A stretch of 46,528 nucleotides of DNA. Source: Thermoflexales bacterium. GTDB lineage: Bacteria; Chloroflexota; Anaerolineae; J036; Brachytrichaceae. The notes below the pieces were generated by a model. The model ran no database searches, was not told where the DNA came from, and saw nothing but the letters and a program-made list of their open reading frames with translations. The DNA is taken from NCBI GenBank assembly GCA_025054635.1, contig JANWZM010000042.1:1-46528 (forward strand), in the 5' to 3' direction. Below, in pieces: positions 35,833 to 44,160 of this stretch. Both the position numbers and the translations under genes were made by a program. The stretch's first letter is position 1. Each line of letters opens with the position of its first letter.

Positions 35833-37191
35833 TCAAGCGCGCGATTCAATCACAAAGGTCGGCACAGTGCTGCCGCCGCCCGCTGTGACGTTGAGCAGGG
35901 CTGCGGTTGAAAGCCGCGTCAAACATCCAGAGGCATAGGTGTCACCCCAGATGTATGGGTTGGTGTCCAGCATGCGCTCTGCGATCTGAAACTGCCCATC
36001 GGCATAAGTTGGGTATGGCTCACTGGGGACAACGACACGCTGCTGAACGATGGTCGGCGTTTCGAGCGCATGCTTAAGGGCTGCCTCCCACTCTGCCTGC
36101 GAGACGGTCCAGCCGAGCACGATCCCCTTGCCGCCGTATTCATCAGCAGGCTTGAGCACGAACTGATCCTTGCGTGCAGCGACAAAGGGCAGCAGATCCA
36201 CGCGCGCGCCGTTATGCTGGGTGAAGCGCTCTGCAACGACGCGCGTCCAGGGGATGTGCTGTTGGATGGCGCGCCGCTCGTCGGCAGTAAACAGATGGGC
36301 GTTTGCTTCGTCGCTGAGCACGGCGAAGCTAGTCTTACGATGCAGCACCTTGCAGTGGAACGGGTTGACCATGCAGACAGCATTGTCAACAACAGCGCGC
36401 ACGACGGGGCTGTCCAATCCTTCGCGCTCGACCAACTCACTGAGCAACACGCGCTTGTAAATGATGTGCACCGGCGCCCCTCCAACGATGAGCTTGCCGT
36501 TCGCGTAAGTGCACGCCCGCGGATCTGCGATCACGCACGCGAAACCATGTGCCTCGAAATAGTGCTGGAATTGAACGAACTCGCTGTAGGTTGGCACGCC
36601 CTCCCAGTCAAGAATAGCAATGCGCGGGTGCTCGCGCCCGCCCCACTCAGCGTAACTGTGCAGCAAAGCGCTGAGCACATGTCGTCGTGTTGGGAAGAGA
36701 GGGTTGACTTCGTAGGCACGCTCGAACGCGCGCATCACGGGCAGGTCGAGCATCAGTTCAACAAGCGCATCGTGGTAGCCTATGCCAGCGGGCGTTTCAG
36801 CGTTGTACTCAGTGCACATCAGCGCGCCTGTGGACAGGTCGTAGAACATGTCCATGCGCGCGGTTGGGCTGCTTGCTGAGTAGGGCTTAGGCAAGGCAAC
36901 AAGCTTCTCTTCCCAGTCGGCAAGCCGAAACTGAGCGCGGAAGCTCGCGTCGCGCAGCGCTAGTGCGTGAGCCTTGCCAAACGCAGGCATGAGGGCGCGG
37001 ATCGCTTGGCGGATCAGACGATATTGTTCAGACGTGAGGAAGCGGGGGCGGAGAACGGTGCAGACCATGCGCTCGCCGAACGCTAGCCCGCGCTGCCGCT
37101 GGTGCGTCTCGAGCTGAGCCTGGCACTCGGCAGCTAAGCCGCCAGCAAGTAGATCATGGTAATGCGCGATTGCCGCGCCAAGGTCGGTCAT
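35833..37191 (-). CDS. ATP-grasp-fold amidoligase-like protein (resembles circularly permuted type-2 ATP-grasp / glutathionylspermidine-synthase-like families)
   Basis: 452 aa. [37 protein letters not shown] and [15 protein letters not shown]. The fold assignment is by motif pattern only; the exact family is uncertain. Confidence 0.65.
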   Translation of the reverse strand: MTDLGAAIAHYHDLLAGGLAAECQAQLETHQRQRGLAFGERMVCTVLRPRFLTSEQYRLIRQAIRALMPAFGKAHALALRDASFRAQFRLADWEEKLVALPKPYSASSPTARMDMFYDLSTGALMCTEYNAETPAGIGYHDALVELMLDLPVMRAFERAYEVNPLFPTRRHVLSALLHSYAEWGGREHPRIAILDWEGVPTYSEFVQFQHYFEAHGFACVIADPRACTYANGKLIVGGAPVHIIYKRVLLSELVEREGLDSPVVRAVVDNAVCMVNPFHCKVLHRKTSFAVLSDEANAHLFTADERRAIQQHIPWTRVVAERFTQHNGARVDLLPFVAARKDQFVLKPADEYGGKGIVLGWTVSQAEWEAALKHALETPTIVQQRVVVPSEPYPTYADGQFQIAERMLDTNPYIWGDTYASGCLTRLSTAALLNVTAGGGSTVPTFVIESRA

Positions 37192-37360
37192 GGCGCACCT
37201 AGTGCATTCTTTGTGCAGCGATTGTATAAGGATTGTTGATCGCGATTCTGGAACGGGGCATGCACTGCTCGCGCCCCGTTGTCCCCTACCCAGAAACCTG
37301 CCTTCAAGGAGCTGTTCTACAATTTAACAGACCATAGCATTTCAGGAGGTAACGTCAGCA

Positions 37361-38191
37361 ATGTTCGGCAAAGCCTTGAAACTTTCATCCGTGATCGCTC
37401 TGCTCTTAGGGCTCGTAGCTTCTGTCCCCTCGTATGCTCAACCTCCCTCACCTTTCGACGGATGCAATGTTGTTCCTCAGCCTGCGATGAACGAGCCCCT
37501 TGAAGGGCGTTTGGTTGAGCTGATCAACGCCCATCGAGCCACGAGACGCCTGCCGCCGCTCAAGCTGGTCACCCCGCTCAACGAAACGGCTCGCTATCAC
37601 GCCTATGACATGCTCAACGACAGCTACTTCGGAACAGACACACAAGATTTGCTAGAGCCAAGCCCAGGCACGGTTCTAGTAGGCGTCATCTGCTCCTCGA
37701 TTGAGCGCGTCAGCAAGCACTACAGGGGTGGAACGGTTGCTGGACCTAGTCTGATTGCGCGAGACCTGTCCACTGCAGAGGAAGTGTTGAACCTGTGGCT
37801 GTCCAACCCTGCGACCCGCCGCTTGATCGAGAGCACGAGTGCGCGGGAGATCGGTGTGGGCTACGCTGAGGGTCAATCAGAATTCGAAGGGTACATGCGG
37901 CTGTGGGTCACTGATCTGGGCGCGCGCCGAAACGTCAACCCGATTGTGATCAACCGAGAGCAACAGCAGACTAACCAGACTCAAGTGGAACTGTATATTT
38001 ACGGTCGCTGGGCACAAGTGCGCCTGCGCAACGATGAGGGCGAATGGAGCAATTGGCAGGCGTTCAAGAACACTCTCTCCTGGCAGATCAGCGCTGTGCC
38101 TGGTGTGCGGCAAGTGTGCGCGGAACTGCGGAGCGGCAGCCGTCGCGAGACAACCTGTGACACGATCCAGTTCGTCGGTGCAACCTCGTAA
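37361..38191 (+). CDS. secreted CAP/SCP-domain protein with an extra C-terminal beta-rich domain
   Basis: Signal peptide MFGKALKLSSVIALLLGLVASVPSYA. CAP-like strings LINAHRATRRLPPLKL...ARYHAYDM...NLWLSNPATRRLIES...REIGVGYA. AGGAGG SD at 37344-37349. Confidence 0.7.
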   Translation: MFGKALKLSSVIALLLGLVASVPSYAQPPSPFDGCNVVPQPAMNEPLEGRLVELINAHRATRRLPPLKLVTPLNETARYHAYDMLNDSYFGTDTQDLLEPSPGTVLVGVICSSIERVSKHYRGGTVAGPSLIARDLSTAEEVLNLWLSNPATRRLIESTSAREIGVGYAEGQSEFEGYMRLWVTDLGARRNVNPIVINREQQQTNQTQVELYIYGRWAQVRLRNDEGEWSNWQAFKNTLSWQISAVPGVRQVCAELRSGSRRETTCDTIQFVGATS

Positions 38192-38219
38192 GGGCTGCAT
38201 GACAGCCTCTTAGCCAACG

Positions 38220-38260
38220 GCAGGAGGGAACGCCGGCTGTTCCCTCCTGCTTGCTTTTCT
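38220..38260 (+). terminator. rho-independent terminator after the CAP-domain gene
   Basis: A 12-bp perfect stem (gcaggagggaac 38220-38231 / gttccctcctgc 38239-38250) with a 7-nt loop, followed by ttgcttttct. Confidence 0.75.
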
Positions 38261-38263
38261 GCT

Positions 38264-39226
38264 CTACCACACAGCTTGGATCACACCCAGATACAGCGGG
38301 ATGCCAAGAATGATGTTGACTGGAAAGGTCAGTGCTAGCGCCATCGTCACGTAAAGCGCGGGGTTTGCCTGGGGCAGCGCTTGGCGCATCGCGGCAGGCA
38401 CGGCGATATACGAGGCGCTCGCGCACAGCACGACAAACAGTAGGGCGTCGCCAATGCCTAGCCCGAGCGTGCGCGCGACCAGTAAGCCGACAACCGCATT
38501 CACTGGTGGCAACACCAACCCGCCTAGGATCGGGTAGATGCCAAGCTGGCGCAAGGTCTGCAGACGTCGCCCGACGACCAGCCCCATGTCTAGCAGGAAC
38601 AAGCTGAGCAAACCTGGAAAGAGCGTTTCGGTGAACGGCTTTAGCGCCTCGCCGCCGCTTGCGCCCACGAGGTAGCCAATCACCAAACTTCCCACCAGCA
38701 GAAACACCGAGCCGTTGAACAGCGCCTCGTGCAGCAAGCCGCCCAGAGTGATCCCCTCGCCCTGACCGCGCTGCGCTAGGCGAGCTAGGAGCACACCGAC
38801 GGCGATGGCTGGCGATTCCATCAGCGCAAGCGCCGCAACCATATAGCCACCTTGCGGCAGATTCAACCGCTGCAAAAACGCTGTCGCTGTGACAAACGTC
38901 ACGGCGCTGACCGAGCCATACGTCGCAGCAACGGCTGCAGCGTCTGCTGCGCTCAACCGCAGCCGTGCCAGCGGGAAGATGTAGAGCGGCATCGCCACTG
39001 ACACGAGCAAGGCTGCGGCTAGCACCATCAACGCGCCTTCGCCGCCGTTGATGCGCAGCGCAACGCCACCCTTGAACCCGATCGCCATCAGCAAATACAG
39101 TGATAGCGCCTTCGGGATCGGCGGCGGCAACTCTAAGTCAGAGCGTGCTAGAGCAGCAAGAACACCGAGCAGGAAGAAAAGGACAGGGGGGTTGAGCAGG
39201 TTTGAGAGAACGACGTCTGCGCTCAT
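38264..39226 (-). CDS. SbtA-like (Sbt_1/DUF897 family) permease, paralog 2, short central loop
   Basis: 320 aa and polytopic. NPPVLFFLLGVLAAL...YLLMAIGFKGGVAL, LFPGLLSLFLLDMGL and the family-typical ASASYIAVPAAMRQALPQANPALY. Confidence 0.75.
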   Translation of the reverse strand: MSADVVLSNLLNPPVLFFLLGVLAALARSDLELPPPIPKALSLYLLMAIGFKGGVALRINGGEGALMVLAAALLVSVAMPLYIFPLARLRLSAADAAAVAATYGSVSAVTFVTATAFLQRLNLPQGGYMVAALALMESPAIAVGVLLARLAQRGQGEGITLGGLLHEALFNGSVFLLVGSLVIGYLVGASGGEALKPFTETLFPGLLSLFLLDMGLVVGRRLQTLRQLGIYPILGGLVLPPVNAVVGLLVARTLGLGIGDALLFVVLCASASYIAVPAAMRQALPQANPALYVTMALALTFPVNIILGIPLYLGVIQAVW

Positions 39227-39233
39227 CCGTCCC

Positions 39234-40220
39234 TCAGCGTATCAGGTCGTGCATGAACAAAGCAAACTGGTAGTACAAGGGCAGCCCAATCAGCAGATTA
39301 AAAGGGAAGGTGATCCCAAGCGACGAGGTTAGATAAATGCTGGGGTTGGCTTGGGGCAAAGCTGCGCGCACGGCTGCTGGTGCATCAATGTAGGAAGCGC
39401 TCGCAGTGATCGAGCCCAGGACAAAGCTGCCGCCCGGTGAAAGCCCAACCAGCGTCCCAAGCGTTGTCCCCAGCAAGCCGTTGAAAACAGGGAAGATCAC
39501 CCCAAACGCGAGCAGGCGCGGGCCGAGTCGGAAGAACTCGCGCAACTGCCGCCCTGCAACCATCCCCATCTCGAGCAGAAAAAGCGTCAACACGCCGCGA
39601 AAGGGGTCTTCAAAGAACGGCTTGACCGACTTGAACCCATTCTCGCCGATGAGCACGCCGATGACCAACCCACCCAGCAACAAAATCACGCTGCGCCCGC
39701 GGAGGGTGTCGATCAAAATTTCGCTGATCGGCAGACTGCTGTTCATCTCAGCGCGGCGCAGCTGCCAGCGCGCGATGAACAGCGCGACCAAGATCGCCCA
39801 CTCCATCAAGCTGACCAGCACCGGCATAAATGGCTCGGCTGGCATGCCAAGCCTCTCCGCCAGCGACAAGGACGCAAAGAAGGTCACGGATGACACTGAT
39901 CCGTAGAGCGCCGCAATCCCGGCTGCGTTGGGAATGTCAAGTCGGATAAACGTCCGCGCTAGGGCGTATGCCAGAGAGGGGATAACCACCGCTAACGCAA
40001 GTGTGACCAGTGCTGGCGCGACGATTCGCCCTAGCCCCGCCTCTGCCAGCTCTGTTCCACCCTTGATCGCAATCGAGAACACAAGGTAGATCGAGATAGC
40101 GTTCAAAACGGGCTGGGGGAACTCAAGTTCGCTTCTGACGAGTGTGGCAATGACGCCGATGACGAAGGCGAGCACGATTGGGGAGAGCAGACTTGTGCGG
40201 AGAATTTCGATGCTGTCCAT
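39234..40220 (-). CDS. SbtA-like (Sbt_1/DUF897 family) permease, paralog 1, short central loop
   Basis: 328 aa from ATG 40220. LSPIVLAFVIGVIATL...YLVFSIAIKGGTEL, FRGVLTLFLLEMGM and ASASYIDAPAAVRAALPQANPSIY. Lies 7 nt upstream of paralog 2. Confidence 0.75.
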   Translation of the reverse strand: MDSIEILRTSLLSPIVLAFVIGVIATLVRSELEFPQPVLNAISIYLVFSIAIKGGTELAEAGLGRIVAPALVTLALAVVIPSLAYALARTFIRLDIPNAAGIAALYGSVSSVTFFASLSLAERLGMPAEPFMPVLVSLMEWAILVALFIARWQLRRAEMNSSLPISEILIDTLRGRSVILLLGGLVIGVLIGENGFKSVKPFFEDPFRGVLTLFLLEMGMVAGRQLREFFRLGPRLLAFGVIFPVFNGLLGTTLGTLVGLSPGGSFVLGSITASASYIDAPAAVRAALPQANPSIYLTSSLGITFPFNLLIGLPLYYQFALFMHDLIR

Positions 40221-40228
40221 GCCAAACC

Positions 40229-41045
40229 TCAAATTGTAGGTGAAAGCGACACATGCGCTGCAAGGGGTGCCCAGGCGCGAATACATGGTGCGTAGCGTGT
40301 TGCATCGCCCTTATATCGCAGGCTGGACTCGGTCAGTGCCTTCCAATACAGGACGACTTGAAGCGCCTCGCCGCGAGACACAGCCCTTGGTGCATCGTAG
40401 CCGACGAGCTGCGTCAAGCTGCCAAACTGAACACCGAGCACATGCTCAGGGTCGGCGAGGCAAATGAGCGCACAGGCGCTGCCACACGGATCAACCCCAA
40501 AGGTGCACGTTGCCCTTCGATGTGCACCTCCAGCGACTGCTTGCCTCCAAGGGTGCTCGGCGGAACGCGGACGACAACTAGCGCGTGCCACACTTCGCCC
40601 ACACGCCGTTGCGTGACGGGATACCCTGGCATTGGCTCGATCGGCAGCCGCAACCCGGCTGTGCCTGGCTGCGCCAGACAGAGCCAAGTGGACGATATAG
40701 CTCCGCCGCGTCAGTTGTTCGGGGCGCCAGTAGAGGTCTGCTACCCATTCACTCGCAACTGGGATTGATAGCGGAGCGTCTATCCCAATTAGCACGAGCT
40801 GGTCATCGAAATTGAACTGAAGAGGCGGCACTCCCGCGACCTGCTCACCATAACCAGCGCGGATACAGCGCCCCACCCAGCAGCGCCTGCTCGAAGGCGA
40901 CCAAGCGGTAGACGTGCAGCAGCGTGTCGTGCCCATTGGGCAGCAGACCAGAGGAAAGAAGCGCATGGGCGGACACCGAGCCAGATAGCGCGCTGCCCAA
41001 CACGCCAGCAAGCCCCGTAATTGCCTTGTCTATCCGTTGATTCAT
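40229..41045 (-). pseudogene. decayed remnant of a large membrane glycosyltransferase-like (PTPS-related/ArnT-like) gene: N-terminal about 65 codons fused to C-terminal soluble repeats, with at least 3 frame changes and a truncated 3' end
   Basis: Frame A (41045-40848) reads MNQRIDKAITGL...GHDTLLHVYRLVAFEQALLGGALYPRW. Frame B (about 40855-40676) reads GYGEQVAGVPPLQFNFDDQLVLIGIDAP...DLYWRPEQLTRRSYIVHLAL. Frame C (about 40650-40468) reads PIEPMPGYPVTQRRVGEVWHALVVVRVPPSTLGGKQSLEVHI. Frame B resumes (about 40456-40300) with ADPEHVLGVQFGSLTQLVGYDAPRAVSRGEALQVVLYWKAL. The polytopic core expected between LYPRW..GYG and the FGD..L.GYD repeats is absent. Confidence 0.55.
40233..40238 (-). promoter_or_regulatory. 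-10 hexamer TACAAT 12 nt upstream of the first SbtA-like ATG
   Basis: The minus strand reads cacCTACAATttgaggtttggcATG. No SD. Confidence 0.3.
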
Positions 41046-41095
41046 TCCTGGACTAAGCTGCCTCTCGTTCGTCGAGCCGAGCCTTGTTGCACAAA

Positions 41096-41134
41096 GAAGC
41101 GGAGGCGCTGCGCCAGTTGGAGCGCCTCCGCTTC
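41096..41134 (-). terminator. strong hairpin downstream of korB (likely intrinsic terminator)
   Basis: A 14-bp perfect stem (gaagcggaggcgct 41096-41109 / agcgcctccgcttc 41121-41134) with an 11-nt loop. On the minus strand it is followed by TTTGTGCAAC, which is only a short T run. Confidence 0.55.
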
Positions 41135-41161
41135 CACACCTTGCCTTCCAGCTAATGGCGC

Positions 41162-42238
41162 TCAAGCCATCGCTGCCATGATCGTCTCCAAACTCTCGCG
41201 CGAAGGGCGCAGTTTATCCTCCTGCAGCGCAGCCAGCGGAGTGTCCCCTAGATGGAACACCTCAGCCAAGCTGGGTCGGTCGCTGTTGACGTAGATCAAG
41301 CCAGTGATGAAAAGCTGCTTATCGTGCGCCTCCGTCAGCAGCCGTAGTGCGGCTTGCTTGTCCGTCGGGTCGTGGCTGCCGTCCAACTTCTTCAGCAGGA
41401 TCTTCGAGCCGTCAAACAGCTCAACCTCTTTGACCTCGCCGGGGTCGTACTCGACCGTGATGGCTTCTTGATACATCACGAAGCCGAAGTCGTTGACGCG
41501 CTCATCATGCGTCTTGCCCCAAGAGTAGCTCTTGGTGGAGTCCTCGCGGTTGTTGAAGGTGACGCAGGGGCTGATGATGTCCAGCACGGCTGTGCCGCGA
41601 TGGCTGAAGGCAGCTTTGATCAGCTCGGTCACCTGCTTTGGGTCACCAGCGAACGAGCGGGCGACAAAGCCACATCCAGCAGAGATCGCCAAGTGGCACA
41701 AGTCGAGCGGCGGAAACTCGTTCACGCCGGCATGCTTCAGCTCCTGCCCGAGGTCAGAGGTGGCAGAGAACTGTCCCTTGGTCAGTCCATAGACGCCGTT
41801 GTTCTCGATGATGTAAACCATGCGCAGGTTGCGGCGGATGACATGCAAGAACTGACCGATGCCGATGCTGCCGGTGTCACCGTCGCCGCTGACGCCCAAG
41901 CCGAGCAGCTTGTGGTTTGCTATCAGTGCACCTTGGGCGACCGAAGGCATACGCCCATGCAGGGCGTTGAAGCCGAACGAGCGGCTGAGAAAGTAAGCGG
42001 GCGACTTGCTGCTGCAGCCGATACCGCTGAACTTGACGATGTTCTCGGGCTTCAACCCCAGCTCGTAGCAGGCAGTGATGATCTGCGCCGAGATCGAGTC
42101 ATGTCCACAACCGTTGCACAGCGTGGACTCCAGCCCCTTGTAGTCGAGCTTGCTCAAGCCGATGATGTTCAGGGCAGCGGCGCGCGCTGGGGCTGCGGTT
42201 TTAGCGCCGTTGCCGCCGTTCACGGTCACAACAGTCAT
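41162..42238 (-). CDS. korB: 2-oxoacid (2-oxoglutarate):ferredoxin oxidoreductase, beta (TPP-binding) subunit
   Basis: 358 aa. CNGCGHDSI, the TPP motif GVSGDGDTGSIG...IIENNGVYGLTKGQ. GGAGGAG SD. Confidence 0.88.
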   Translation of the reverse strand: MTVVTVNGGNGAKTAAPARAAALNIIGLSKLDYKGLESTLCNGCGHDSISAQIITACYELGLKPENIVKFSGIGCSSKSPAYFLSRSFGFNALHGRMPSVAQGALIANHKLLGLGVSGDGDTGSIGIGQFLHVIRRNLRMVYIIENNGVYGLTKGQFSATSDLGQELKHAGVNEFPPLDLCHLAISAGCGFVARSFAGDPKQVTELIKAAFSHRGTAVLDIISPCVTFNNREDSTKSYSWGKTHDERVNDFGFVMYQEAITVEYDPGEVKEVELFDGSKILLKKLDGSHDPTDKQAALRLLTEAHDKQLFITGLIYVNSDRPSLAEVFHLGDTPLAALQEDKLRPSRESLETIMAAMA

Positions 42239-42260
42239 GGTTCAACATCTCCTCCAAACA

Positions 42261-44138
42261 CTACGCCTTGTGGTAAGCCTCCTGGTACTGGATCGCCTCG
42301 CTGATCCAGCGCGCAGTGAGCGGCAGACCGTCGCACTTGTTGGCGGAGCGGATCTTCGCCGCGTCCTGCGGATCGTGCAGCTTGAGAAGCTGAGCGAGCT
42401 GCGCGTCGGTGTTCATCTCGACGACGTAAATGCGCTGGTGCGCAGCAAGGAACATCGTCACCTCGTCATTCATCGGCAGCGCTCGCACGCGCAGGTAGGA
42501 GGTAGGGACGCCCGCCTTGCGCAGCATGTCGCGCGCCTCCTGGATTGCTGGCGTGGTTGAACCGAAGCCAACAATGGCGACCTCTGCTTCGGGGTCTAGC
42601 TCGACCACTGGGCGCGGCATCATCGCGCGAGCGGTCTCAAACTTGCGCTGCAGACGCAGCATGTTGTTCTCCCAGTCATCAGGGCGCTCGGAGAGATTGG
42701 CGCGTTCGTTGTGCCCTGAGCCACGGGTGAAGTAAGCCGCGTACGGGCTTTGGTTGCCCGGCAAGGTGCGCCAAGGAATGCCATCGCCGTCCACGTCCTT
42801 GTAGCGCGCGAAGCCGCGTGTGGCGTTCACCTGCTCTTCGGTCAGCACTTTGCCACGATCCATCGGCTGGTCGGGGTACTTGAACGGCTCGCTCATCCAT
42901 TGGTTCATGCCCAAGTCGAGGTCGCTGAGCACAAAGACAGGCGTTTGCAGCCGTTCTGCCAAGTCAAACGCGCGCCACCCAAACTCGAAGCATTCTGCAG
43001 GCGAGCCAGGCAGCAGCACGGGATGCTTGGCGTCGCCGTGCCCGAGGTAGTACACCTTCAGGATGTCACCTTGCGAGGTTCGCGTTGGCAGCCCTGTAGC
43101 AGGACCCATGCGCTGGATATCCCAGATCACCGCGGGGATCTCAGCAAAGTAGCCCAAGCCGGTGAACTCAGTCATGAGCGAGATGCCTGGTCCCGAGGTG
43201 CTGGTCATGGCGCGCGCGCCAGCCCAGCCAGCGCCAAGCACCATGCCGAGCGCTGCCAGCTCATCCTCGGCTTGCACAATGGCGTATGTTGGGCGCTTAG
43301 TCTCTGGGTCAATGCGCAGCTTGGGCAGATACTCGTATAAGGCGTCCGCCAGGCTTGTCGCGGGCGTGATTGGGTACCATGCTGCGAAGGTGACTCCACC
43401 GTAGATTGCTCCGAGCGCCGCTGCTGTGTTGCCGTCGATCATGATAAGCCCTTTGGTCTTGTCCATGCGCTCGACGCGATAGGGGTCAGTCTTCACCAGG
43501 TGCTCGGCGCACCATGCGACAGAGGCTCGCACGACGCGCATGTTTGACTCGACCGGTTTCTGCTTGCCCTTGAAATGGAACTTCAGCGCTGCCTCGATCT
43601 CGCTGATCTCAATGCCGAGCAAGTAAACCAGTGCGCCGACGTAGACCATGTTTGCCACATACGTGCGCAGCTTGGGATCAGCCTCGTGAGCGCGAGCAAT
43701 GTCCCTGACAGGGATGGCGTAATAGTGAATGTCCTTGCGCTCCAGGGGCATCTTGATGTCATCAGCGTAGATGAACACGCCCCCAGGAATGACGCTAGCG
43801 TGGTCTTCCAACGCGCTTTCCGGGTTGAGGGCAATCACAATCTCGTTTGTGTCGCGCCGAGCAACGTAGCCGTCTTTGTTCAGCCGAATGGTGTACCACG
43901 TCGGTCGACCCTGAATATTGGACGGGAATAGGTTCTTCCCGCTGACGGGGATGCCCATCTTGAACAAGGCGCGGAGCAGGGCAAGGTTCGCCGTCTGGCT
44001 GCCCGAGCCGTTCTTGGTGGCAACCATGATCGAGAAGTCGTTCACGATCGCCCTGCCATGGGTGGGCACGGGCTGAGGCTCAGTGGCTTGTTGCTCCTGA
44101 GCGGGGTGAGTAGGCGTCAGATCCTTCAACAGCATCAT
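42261..44138 (-). CDS. korA: 2-oxoacid (2-oxoglutarate):ferredoxin oxidoreductase, alpha subunit (two-subunit KorAB type)
   Basis: 625 aa. N-terminal gamma-like segment ATKNGSGSQTANLALLRALFKMGIPVSGKNLFPSNIQG, then GNTAAALGAIYGGVTFAAWYPITPATSLAD. AGGAGGG SD. Confidence 0.88.
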   Translation of the reverse strand: MMLLKDLTPTHPAQEQQATEPQPVPTHGRAIVNDFSIMVATKNGSGSQTANLALLRALFKMGIPVSGKNLFPSNIQGRPTWYTIRLNKDGYVARRDTNEIVIALNPESALEDHASVIPGGVFIYADDIKMPLERKDIHYYAIPVRDIARAHEADPKLRTYVANMVYVGALVYLLGIEISEIEAALKFHFKGKQKPVESNMRVVRASVAWCAEHLVKTDPYRVERMDKTKGLIMIDGNTAAALGAIYGGVTFAAWYPITPATSLADALYEYLPKLRIDPETKRPTYAIVQAEDELAALGMVLGAGWAGARAMTSTSGPGISLMTEFTGLGYFAEIPAVIWDIQRMGPATGLPTRTSQGDILKVYYLGHGDAKHPVLLPGSPAECFEFGWRAFDLAERLQTPVFVLSDLDLGMNQWMSEPFKYPDQPMDRGKVLTEEQVNATRGFARYKDVDGDGIPWRTLPGNQSPYAAYFTRGSGHNERANLSERPDDWENNMLRLQRKFETARAMMPRPVVELDPEAEVAIVGFGSTTPAIQEARDMLRKAGVPTSYLRVRALPMNDEVTMFLAAHQRIYVVEMNTDAQLAQLLKLHDPQDAAKIRSANKCDGLPLTARWISEAIQYQEAYHKA

Positions 44139-44160
44139 TCCCTCCTAAAAGATACGTGTG

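Noticed and set aside
35800-35836. Apparent 4-nt stop/start overlap of the ATP-grasp gene and the GCS2 ORF, using the ORF-track TTG start at 35836.
   Set aside because: The ATG at 35800 is preceded by a near-perfect GGAGGAGG SD at 5-nt spacing. The conserved GCS2 N-terminus ([12 protein letters not shown]) begins right after it. The genes are closely spaced (32 nt) but not overlapping.
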